DNA from: Macrostomum hystrix
Lineage: Eukaryota > Animalia > Platyhelminthes
DNA: 64,000 nucleotides
Assembly (NCBI GenBank): GCA_950097015.1
Contig: CATNEN010000038.1
Coordinates: 19,406,001-19,470,000, forward strand
Reading direction: 5' to 3'
Made by a program: the position numbers and the translations under genes. The notes below the pieces were generated by a model. It was given only the letters and a program-made list of their open reading frames with translations, searched no databases and was not told where the DNA came from. Below, piece after piece: positions 30,901 through 42,250 of this stretch; position 1 is the stretch's first letter; every line of letters begins with the position of its first letter.

Positions 30901-33628
30901 ATTAGATGGATGAATGCAGAGGTATATTAGATTGGATGAATGCAGAGGTATATTAGATGGATGAGCACACAGGTATATTAGATGGATGAGCACAGAGGTA
31001 TATTAGATGGATGAATGCAGAGGTATATTAGATGGATGAGCGCGGAGGTATATTAGATGGATGAATGCAGAGGTATATTAGATGGATGAGCGCAGAGGTA
31101 TATTAGATGGATGAATGCAGAGGTATATTAGATGGATGAGCGCAGAGGTATATTAGATGGATGAATGCAGAGGTATATTAGATGGATGAGCACACAGGTA
31201 TATTAGATGGATGAGCACAGAGGTATATTAGATGGATGAATGCAGAGGTATATTAGATGGATGAGCACACAGGTATATTAGATGGATGAGCGCAGAGGTA
31301 TATTAGATGGATGAGCACACAGGTATATTAGATGGATGAATGCAGAGGTATATTAGATTGGATGAATGCAGAGGTATATTAGATGGATGAGCACACAGGT
31401 ATATTAGATGGATGAGCACAGAGGTATATTAGATGGATGAATGCAGAGGTATATTAGATGGATGAGCGCGGAGGTATATTAGATGGATGAATGCAGAGGT
31501 ATATTAGATGGATGAGCGCGGAGGTATATTAGATGGATGAATGCAGAGGTATATTAGATGGATGAGCACACAGGTATATTAGATGGATGAGCGCAGAGGT
31601 ATATTAGATGGATGAATGCAGAGGTATATTAGATGGATGAGCACACAGGTATATTAGATGGATGAATGCAGAGGTATATTAGATGGATGAGCACACAGGT
31701 ATATTAGATGGATGAGCGCAGAGGTATATTAGATGGATGAATGCAGAGGTATATTAGATGGATGAATGCAGAGGTATATTAGATGGATGAGCACACAGGT
31801 ATATTAGATGGATGAGCGCAGAGGTATATTAAATGGATGAGCACACAGGTATATTAGATGGATGAATGCAGAGGTATATTAGATGGATGAATGCAGAGGT
31901 ATATTAGATGGATGAGCACACAGGTATATTAGATGGATGAATGCAGAGGTATATTAGATGGATGAGCACACAGGTATATTAGATGGATGAATGCAGAGGT
32001 ATATTAGATGGATGAGCACAGAGGTATATTAGATGAATGAGCGCAGAGGTATTTTAGATGGATGAGCGCAGAGGTATATTAGATGGATGAATGCAGAGGT
32101 ATATTAGATGGATGAATGCAGAGGTATATTAGATGGATGAATGCAGAGGTATATTAGATGGATGAGCACAGAGGTATATTAGATGAATGAGCACAGAGGT
32201 ATATTAGATGGATGAGCGTAGAGGTATATTAGATGGATGAATGCAGAGGTATATTAGATGGATGAGCACAGAGGTATATTAGATGGATGAGCGCAGAGGT
32301 ATATTAGATGGATGAATGCAGAGGTATATTAGATGGATGAGCGCAGAGGTATATTAGATGGATGAGCGCAGAGGTATATTAGATGGATGAGCGCAGAGGT
32401 ATATTAGATGGATGAGCACAGAGGTATATTAGATGAATGAGCACAGAGGTATATTAGATGAATGAGCACAGAGGTATATTAGATGGATGAGCGCAGAGGT
32501 ATATTAGATGGATGAATGCAGAGGTATATTAGATGGATGAATGCAGAGGTATATTAGATGGATGAGCGCAGAGGTATATTAGATGGATGAGCACAGAGGT
32601 ATATTAGATGGATGAGCGCAGAGGTATTTTAGATGGATGAGCGCAGAGGTATATTAGATGGATGAGCACAGAGGTATATTAGATGAATGAGCACAGAGGT
32701 ATATTAGATGAATGAGCACAGAGGTATATTAGATGGATGAGCGCAGAGGTATATTAGATGGATGAATGCAGAGGTATATTAGATGGATGAGCGCAGAGGT
32801 ATATTAGATGGATGAATGCAGAGGTATATTAGATGGATGAGCACACAGGTATATTAGATGGATGAATGCAGAGGTATATTAGATGGATGGGCGCAGAGGT
32901 ATATTAGATGGATGAATGCAGAGGTATATTAGATGGATGAGCGCAGAGGTATATTAGATGGATGAATGCAGAGGTATATTAGATGGATGAGCACACAGGT
33001 ATATTAGATGGATGAATGCAGAGGTATATTAGATGGATGAGCACACAGGTATATTAAATTGGATGAGTGCAGAGTTATATTAGATGGATGAATGCAGAGG
33101 TATATTAGATGGATGAGCACACAGGTATATTAGATGGATGAGCACACAGGTATATTAGATGGATGAATGCAGAGGTATATTAGATGGATGAGCGCAGAGG
33201 TATATTAGATGGATGAATGCAGAGGTATATTAGATGGATGAGCACACAGGTTTATTAGATGGATGAATGCAGAGGTATATTAGATGGATGAGCGCAGAGG
33301 TATATTAGATGGATGAATGCAGAGGTATATTAGATGGATGAGCGCAGAGGTATATTAGATGGATGAATGCAGAGGTATATTAGATGGATGAGCACACAGG
33401 TATATTAGATGGATGAGCGTAGGGGTATATTAGATGGATGAATGCAGAGGTATATTAGATGGATGAGCACACAGGTATATTAAATTGGATGAGTGCAGAG
33501 GTATATTAGATGGATGAATGCAGAGGTATATTAGATGGATGAATGCAGAGGTATATTAGATGGATGAGCACACAGGTATATTAGATGGATGAGCACACAG
33601 GTATATTAGATGGATGAGCACAGAGGTA
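21912..33628. repeat. 11.7-kb satellite array of 25-bp units (GTATATTAGATGGATGA + variable 8-mer), ~470 copies
   Basis: Uninterrupted tandem array with no ORFs; rare variants recur at kb-scale spacings. Confidence 0.98.
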
Positions 33629-35351
33629 AAGAATGAGATTTATTAGCATAAAGGCAGGGATATTTTGCTAGGTAGACAAGAGGAGAAAATTAAGGGTTGT
33701 TTTATTTGGCAGTTTTTAGTTCGAACGGTGTATTGCATGCACGAGTTTATGTATGGATTGGCTTAATACATGAACAGAACTGGGGTTCGAACATCAATTT
33801 ATAAAAGCTCTGGTCTTGAAGTAAAAAATCTAATAATCTTAGCAATGATAGCTGTATCTCTACAGCAGCAGTTTTGCATCGATATTATTGTCTGGTATTT
33901 ATCGCAACACAATAATCCAATTCTTTGCAATGAGTAGACTCTTTTACAGAGCCTTCTGAGTCCGCAATTTCATTAATTAAAATTTTGCTTCACACTGCAC
34001 TGCGTGGGCGGAAAATTCTGTGCTGCTTTGTGGTTTTAAATTTTCATCTCATTGCTTTAAGTGTAAAAAACAATTTTTTTTCTATTTTCTGCAACCACCC
34101 ACACAAGAAGCAATGCTCTGCCTCTGCTATGCTCTGGTATGCTAATCGGCGAGGCGATTTGTGAGAAAAATTGCTTTGCTGTTTATCTCGTACGAAATTT
34201 GGGTCGAGGCTGAAAGCTAAAAAAGCCGCTCTTGTAAGGGCGACCTTCAGTCTAAGCCCACGCATTCATTAAGAAAAATGTTTGTAGATGTACATTGCAC
34301 AAGATTTATTCTCTGCTATGTAATTAAAGAGCAGAAAAAGAAGAAAATGAATGTCGATTGTCGAATAGGCAGTGTTTTATTCAGGCTCTAGTGCGTTGAA
34401 GGCTCTCTTTTTAAAGAACGCCAAGTCCAATTCTAAATCAACACACACATATGGACCACTGGAAGCCTAGCAAATGAGGAGGGGCTTGGTGGTTAAAGTT
34501 GCGTAGATTTCTTGTTCAATAAAGCTTGTGGGAATGTGGCGGGTTGGTGGGCAGGCTGCCCAAATGCGAAGTAAGGAGGGTTGGAGGAGATATAGAGTGA
34601 GCGGAGGGGGGTAAGAAAAATTTTGGACTGCAGTGTACATTCAGAGATTTTTAGACTGCCTGACTTAATGTACATTGAGAGTGTACACTGCTGAACGAAA
34701 GAGGCCTAAACGCGATATCCAAATGAATCCAACTCTCCGCTGCCAGCCTGTGAGACGCTTGCCAAGTTAGCCCCCAGTCCCGGATTTTCCCTTTGCTTCC
34801 CTGCCTGCCACCGCGTATTAGATCAGACAGCTTAGATTGGGCCCATGTTACAGTATCAAATCTGAAAACATAGTTCTTTTTCTGAAGTAGAGCAGAAACT
34901 TTCGCAGATTTTCTTTGTTCTAAATTTAAAATAGCTTTAGCATTTTTTGAAACACTCAGTCTTCTTTGATTTTGCAAGATCTTGCCAGAAAGAAAGTGAA
35001 CAAAGAAAGATACGATTTGTCTCGTCCTAGTCGTCCCACAAGAGCTGAACAAAAAAGAGATCATAGTCGGCTCGTAAATACTAATCCAAATCAGGCAGCA
35101 CTCCAGAGACAGCCATATCCCTAACGCAATTAACTGGAGGTATAAAACAGCTATAGAGCGGAAGCAGTAGGAACTAGACTCTTGATCAACATTAGAGATC
35201 TATATATATATAATATATATACAGGAAGGGAAAGATAAGAAATATCGACTGTTCGAGTAACTGCAAACCCTGCGATCAATAATTTCGAATCCAACGAGGA
35301 TTGAGAAAGAATTTTTATACAGAAAAAAACCATAGAAGAAAATCAGTGCCA

Positions 35352-37872
35352 ATGAACGGCGATCAAGTTGCTGTTAGCGACTCGGAGCTAGAAGAAGATG
35401 AGGATACGAAAGTTGCTATGCCGCCAACGCCGGACGATTCGGTCTATTGCAACAAGCAGCTAACAGCCTATTTATTAAAATGCGTTTGCTCGAATCGTCG
35501 CAAAAATCGGATTAGCGACAGCAGCAACAGCAGCAGCGGCAGCAGCAGAAACAATGCCAATAACAATGCTCCGCTTAATAACAATACTAGCAGTAGTTCG
35601 CGATCGCACACGCCTCCAGATGACGAGCAAGAAGCTATGGTGCAGATTCAAGTTCAGGATCATGCTACAAATCAGCAGCAGCTGCAGCTGCAGCAGCAGC
35701 AAGACCTAGCCGACGGTGGCTATCTATCAGCATCGTCCGGATCCGGATTCAACGGATTGTCTGCCACCTCGCCGGCCTACGTCTCGCCATTCGCCATGTC
35801 GCCATTGACTGAAGGCGCGGCGGTTAGATCGGCTTGGACTCAGCCGGCGATCAGTTTGGATGTGATTAAAAGTGAGCGCACTGCTGAGCTGGTGCGGGTT
35901 CTGGCGAGGCTGTGCGATGAATTCGAGGACCGACTGCACGGTAGCTTCGACAGCTTCAGCTCAAGGTTGGTGATTGGGTTTGGGATTGATTGACAGTCAG
36001 TTTAGGATTCGGATTATAAAACTGGGAGATAGGATCTGATAGTTTAAGTTGGGATCTAATCTATTTAAGATATGGGATCAAAGTTTTAAAATTCTGATTG
36101 ATCAAGGGTCTAAGATATTTTGAGTTGATCTGGTCTATTTTGTGATCTCTTTAATTTAAAATGAAGACTTTTAGTTCAGATCTTTGTAGACAGTTTCTAA
36201 AGAAATCAGGATCAATGCTAATTCTCAGATGGGATTTTAATTTTGAACTTTTGTCCGCACATTGCAGATTAGACACAGCGCCAGCAACCATACGCGAGTC
36301 GGTACTGAATGAATTGGAGATTCTATTCTACGACGACAATGTCCACTGGGGCCGCATCATCGCAGTGTTCGTGCTAGCCAAGGAGATCTGCGACAAGTGC
36401 CTAGCTGAGGGCCGGCCTGAGCTCGCCTCCGCTGTGCAGCAGTGGATAGCCGAGTTCATCGATCAGCACCTGTGGCGCTGGGTGCGCCAGAATCAGGGTT
36501 GGGTGAGTAGTCCTTTTGTGATTTTCTAAAAATAGCCAATTGCCTCATGTCAGTGTGCAAAAGTCAATGGTGCGGCTGTGCGTACTTAGCTCGCTATCAA
36601 ATGAAGCGTTCTATCACGTGACATCTCTTAGCCAATAGCGACATTTAAGTTAGTATTAGTGTAAGCCAATGAAAACAGCCAAGCTCCCAAGGTCATCATC
36701 ATGCACGAGCCACGTGCATAGATTGTGGGTGAGTTTCTTAAAATAGCTGAACCTAAACCAAATCATCCACAGCCAATCTAATATTGGAGTCTGAGCAAAT
36801 AGTCGACAAATTGCTGTAGCTATGTGCGTCAAAAAGCAATGAAACAAATAACGAAACATTAGTTAGGCTATGTTAGCTACAGTAAATCCGAACCACATGA
36901 TTCGCGCTTATAGCTCTATGACATTTGAGCCCTACTTGTTTTTCTCTGTACTGGCCAACCATTATGGGATCGAAAATGTATGCGTAAATCGATACAACCA
37001 AGAAAAGCGCAGCAAGATATGAGAGTTAATGTAGGACAGCAATTAGTTGAAAATAAACTGCCAATGGCCACCAAAGACGAAAATGTGATCTATTCTTCTC
37101 TCATTTCTAAGCTAGCTATTCAAATGTTTCAATTAAAAACCGCGTACTTGTAACTTTAGCGATGCGAATTAATTACCGAAATCTTCACACGGCCGGGACG
37201 ATAAACTAAATATAATATATGGCTTAGGACTTAAGAGTTCATTTACAGTCTAGTACAGTCTAGCTAAAATTGCACTTTTTGCTAGTGCGTTTTCATACAA
37301 AGTAAGGTAGGGAAAGACCACGTGGGTACGCACTGCCTACTTCACGATCTAGCTCCGAAATCGAATGGCCTATTTTCGTGAAAGTCATTTCGCGAAAGAA
37401 CGCCATAACTTTCAATGGCGTCTGAATCAGCATCCTTCAGATATTTTGCGATTCTTGTCGAAAACCCTGGTGACAACGCCAACTTTGCTCTGTATTCATT
37501 CATTCTCCACTATCCTCTATATTCCTGCGGTCTCATATTTTTCTCCCCCCAAAAAACTCATGTTGTTTCTCCTGTCTCTCCTATCTACTACTATCTAGCT
37601 CGTTGACTATATATTTTCACAGCAATTTTCTAAAGTTCAAAATCAGTTTGACATAAATGTGAATTTGGTCCCCTTCTAATCTCTCCTTCTCGACCTCGCT
37701 GTTTCAGTACGGCCTAATAAAATTCTACCAGCAAACCGGTGGCGACCTGTCCAACAATGTAGCTAGCAGCTTAGGCTCTGCCAACAGTCTGTGGCAGTCA
37801 GTTGGCCTGCTGTTGACTCTATCAGCTGTCTCTGTGGCCATCGCCCTGACGGCAAGCTATTTTAGAAGATGA
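35352..37872 (+). CDS. Multi-BH-domain Bcl-2 family protein, 337 aa
   Basis: Exons 35352-35965, 36268-36502, 37708-37872 in phase. BH3-like LARLCDEFE, BH1 NVHWGRIIAVFVL, BH2 WVRQNQGW followed by the family-typical intron, C-terminal hydrophobic anchor ending in RR. The start ATG is inferred. Confidence 0.9.
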
Positions 37873-38077
37873 ATTTTAGAAAAGAATTTTCTAAGCCTCA
37901 TTCATTTATTTGCTTAATTGACTGTCGACTTTTTGTCGCTATTGTCTATTGTACTCTTACCAGTGTATACTGTACATTTTACTATATATGTTGTTTTACT
38001 GTACGCTCGTAAATGCGCATATTGTGTACTTTTATTGAGAGCAATAGATAGATAGAAAATCCATAGATAGAATAGAC

Positions 38078-38196
38078 AAGATTTTGAGCCTCAGACACAG
38101 GAGTTCTCAGAAGATTGTGAGTCTCAGAAACTGGAGTTCTCAGAAGATTGTGAGTCTCAGACACTGGAGTTCTCAGAAGATTTTGAGTCTCGGACA
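38078..38196. repeat. 33-bp repeat, ~3.5 copies, in the probable Bcl-2 3' UTR
   Basis: AAGATTGTGAGTCTCAGAMACTGGAGTTCTCAG repeated in tandem. Confidence 0.8.
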
Positions 38197-40262
38197 CACT
38201 GTGTTCTGATAGCCAAAACACAAAGGCCTTAGCGGAAAGCCAAGAGCTGCTTGATGCAGCTAAGGTGACGAATATTGTGTGACTAAATATGGCAAAACTG
38301 TTTAAAACAAGCGGTGATGTAATGAAGCAAGCCTCGACCTGATGTCGAACTTTTTTTCCTGTTTCAACCTGTTGCTTTATAAAACTGGACAGGTAAACGA
38401 ATTGTTGACTAATCAATTTTTGTCAATTTTGTATCTAAGTTTAAGCGTATAATTAGCTTTTCATCAGTTAGTGTTACCATAAGCTATCTTGCTTTTCAGT
38501 GGGCTAAATTAAGTTACATCTGAACAAACCGGAGCGGATATCCTACGCAAATTTGTTCCATTTTTAGGCCATTTATTTTTAACTAAATTTATAATTATGG
38601 AATATGTTTTATTAATCAGACACATCTGTCTTTTATTTTGTTATGAGCCGTTTGTTCACTGCAAAATATTCCCATTTCCATTTATACAAAATCTGTTGTT
38701 CAAAGTAATTCAGCCATTTGCAAATCGTTTTTAATTATACATACTGTCGTTTTATTAGAATCGGTTTATTGTCATTGGTATTTTAAGTTGTGTAAATTTA
38801 ATTAGCTAAAGAATAAGACTATCATTGTTGTCATTCTATATAATTTTTAATTGTACGAAATTTCATATGTAGTTGTCATAATAAATAAATTTTAAACTGT
38901 GCAAGTGTTGAATTTTCGTAAATGTAGTAAGCTCGTATTTACGGTTGTTGTGTTCGCATTGAAATTGATTATTCAGTGGAAATCTACTTCATATCCTTCA
39001 TCTACTTCGTGGATTCTGCTTTTCTTTGTCTATTTTTAGCAAACCATTCAAATACAGGTGTATCAAACCATCAAACCATCGTGTCTGTGCCTACACATGT
39101 GAATGGTTATAAGCGGTATTCTAACTATTCAGGCAAATTGAAATACAATTAGCCTAAATTTACGGTAAAAGTGAAAAGTTATTTTTAGCTTCTTAACTAT
39201 ATACTTCGGGTTTTCAAATACGCTAATAGTGAATCTGAAGAACATTTTTAATGACCGCCTATGTAAGTACAAAAAGTCTAATTAGACTGTCTTCTACGAC
39301 ATGTATATGTTACAAACTTGCATTTCCGCAATGCTTGAATGTTTAAATATTAGATTATTGTGTTATATGCCTATCCATAACAATCAATACAAACATGTTC
39401 CGTACGCGGTTTTTCAACTTCGCAGCCATAATATAACCTAGTCCAAATGTGTCCTTAATCGTTTTAAACAGTTTATTGAAGTAATTATCGCGCTAGCTTG
39501 ACTTTTTACATCCAGACATTCTGTATTGTACATTATGGTGCATTGTGTGTAGTATACACATTTATGTGTGTAGAATAAAATTTCAACTTTATGTTTGATT
39601 ATAGTCAAGGACGACTCGAGCAACGTAATATACGTTACTTTACGTATATACTATATATCTTGTTGCGTAGTCCTGTATTGGTATTTATACAATTCAGATG
39701 TTCTAAAAAATTAAGTTTAACTAGCAACCAAATAAAGTTTTGCAAGGTGCACATGAATAGATTCCGTCACGCCTGCCATTAATTAGCATGACACGAAGCA
39801 AAATGTCACCTGGTTGAGGCAAAAAGTGGCAAATTGTCAAAATTGCTAAAAACGTTACATATAATAAACAAAGTCAACCATGGTGGAATGTTACTGATGT
39901 TTTCCTAGAAATTAACAAAAAGTCTGAATGAAAGAAAATTTCTTTTTGGAACTTCAATGCAAAAAAGTTCAAGTAAGTTTTGTTAAAAACCAAGGCAAAT
40001 GCGTCATCTAAGAGATTTGTTGTAATTTATTAAAAAATAAGGCGGTGCAAACAATTTTAAATGATTTAAATCGTATTTTCTGTTTTGAACAGATTTTAAT
40101 AATTATTGTTAGGCCTACTGCTGTCTTCGATATCCTTCGAAATGGCCATTAGAAATAGGTTTTTATAATTCCTTGTACAAACAACAAACAATGTGCACCA
40201 CATTGACTTGTTAACTTGGTCTTGGACGACCAGTTTTAAAGTGCAAGTCGTGACTCGTATTA

Positions 40263-40777
40263 TAGGTTTTCCGGTCAAGTAGCAGACTAGCCTACTCAAG
40301 TGCCACATAGTCATCTTAAGTGCATGAAAGTCAGTTTATCTGCCAAAATAGCCAAGTCAAGTGCAAACGCCAGTTCAAGTGCAAATTAGCCAATCAGAGC
40401 GCTTCTCTATATACCCCCACTGTTGCGCAATGACGACGACAGAGAAAAGGCCAAACCAAGTGCGACAAAGCCAACTCAACAGCAAATGGCTGCCGCACGA
40501 GCCAGAATACCCGCTGGGGACAAGCAGCGACTGATAGAATCATTTGAGTGAGAATTGCGAGGATTCATTTGAAATACACATAGAAAGTATTAGAAACGAA
40601 TGAGTTGCTTCTTTAATTGACTAGGCCTATGTTGCACTTGACTTGCTCTTTTGGTAACTCTGAATATACAATTTGCAACTTGATTTGGCTTGTTGCCACT
40701 TGACTGGAATATGTCGCACTTGAACTGCGTTATTTGCACTTGAGTAGGCTAGTCTGCTACTTGACCGTAAAAACCTA
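40263..40777 (+). mobile_element. Internally deleted Tc1/mariner-IS630-like DNA transposon
   Basis: ~41-bp TIRs (TAGGTTTT..CGGTCAAGTAGCAGACTAGCCTACTCAAGTGC) flanked by TA on both sides; subterminal CAAGT motifs mirrored; interior has CCAAT and TATA-like boxes and a short ORF MAAARARIPAGDKQRLIESFE* (40486-40551). The superfamily is inferred. Confidence 0.75.
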
Positions 40778-41228
40778 TATTTAGTATTGCATTTTCTAAT
40801 TCAAGATAGGCCTAGCTACACAAACTTGTGAGCATCCTGCTCTTCAGTCTCAATTAAAAATACTGCATTCTTATAGTCACAAGACTAGATGGTTAGTTAA
40901 AACTTTTTTAGTCGAATATAAGGATAACAGTTAAAGGCTAGGCTAGTAATTCAATTAAATCAATTCTTATCTAGCTTAGGCTAGGGCCTACTTTAATATT
41001 TTTGTTGTCATAAATCAAAGTGGAATTTAAAGAGAAAATTTATATTTCGTTTGTCGATACTAATAACCCACTATCTAAAGCTACTGAGAAGGCCAGAAGC
41101 TAAGCATTTTGCTTTTTGTACAGTGGACCTGACTTCTACTTCACTTATTCTGCTTATGATATGAGTAACTGCTATACATTGCTATAGCAGAACTCTAGGC
41201 CTAGTTTAAAGCTAAAGTTTCTTAGGTT

Positions 41229-41589
41229 GGCAATCCTGAAGATTCCCGCATTGAATCATTCACTGCATTTCTATGACCCGAATAACCTGGATGTTCACAC
41301 AAATATGGTTGAGGGCATGTGGGCCGACTGCAAGCCAAATTCTGAACTTAAAATGACCTTTTAGCACATACCTGCAAGAGTTCATGTGGTGCCGGGCCTT
41401 CCCTGATCATCAGTTTGGCAATATCTTGTACTGGATTATAGACTTTTACTTGTGCCAATAGTACAACTCTGGCAGACTTTGTGTTTTCTGCAATCAGTTC
41501 TTTAACTCAACTGTGCCCCATACTTATCTCCCCCTAAAGTTCAGTAAAAGCTCATGAAATAATTTAATGCGGGAATCTTCAGGTTTGCC
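41229..41589 (+). mobile_element. Merlin (IS1595/ISXO2-like) DNA transposon deletion derivative
   Basis: 28-bp TIRs starting GG (GGCAAWCCTGAAGATTCCCGCATTRAAT); degenerate 8-bp TSD (CTTAGGTT/GTTAGGTC); interior translates NHSLHFYDPNNLDVHTNMVEGMWADCK and, after a frameshift, YLQEFMW. Confidence 0.85.
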
Positions 41590-42250
41590 GTTAGGTCTAA
41601 GAGTTTGACATTTTTACCCTGTTTAGCTAAATTCTCTCATTCAAAATCAAAATTCAATATACATCCAGTGTCCAAAAAGTAATTATTTTGCCTATATGTC
41701 ACTCAATTCCTGCATCTGCATGAAATTGAGTTTAAGATAAATAAAAAATTAGTTTTTTGAAGAAGTGGCTTTTTAGAAAATAAACAAATTCATCTTTCAA
41801 TAAACTGTAAAATCATTTAAACTTTAAATTATTTTGCAATGTTTATAAAGAAATGCAGTTTAAGAAAATCAACTATCAGGAAGTGACCTGGAAATCTGGA
41901 ACTGACATCTTAGATTAACTCATGTCTATCTAAACTATATTTTCTGTTTGTAATTTAATTTATTTTATCTAAAAAATACAAATTAACTGGTTAGCTTATT
42001 ACTGTAATTTAGTACTTTATCTTTTTTCATTGTAGTCCTTAAATTGATTATATTTATATTCACATTGGACAAATGACACAATATTCAGGTTTTAACAAAT
42101 GCTAAATTTGAAAAATTAAAACTACATGTGTACAGGTGCAGTTGTTAGGGATACTACAGATATTCCCATATGAAATGTCAGATTTCAGTACAACAGTGCT
42201 GAAAGAAATTTTTTTAAAGAAGACTGATAAGTAGCCACTGATACAAAACA

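Noticed and set aside
21912-33628. CRISPR-like constant/variable alternation
   Set aside because: The variable parts are only 8 nt and recur from a small set; there are no unique spacers or cas genes, and the context is eukaryotic.
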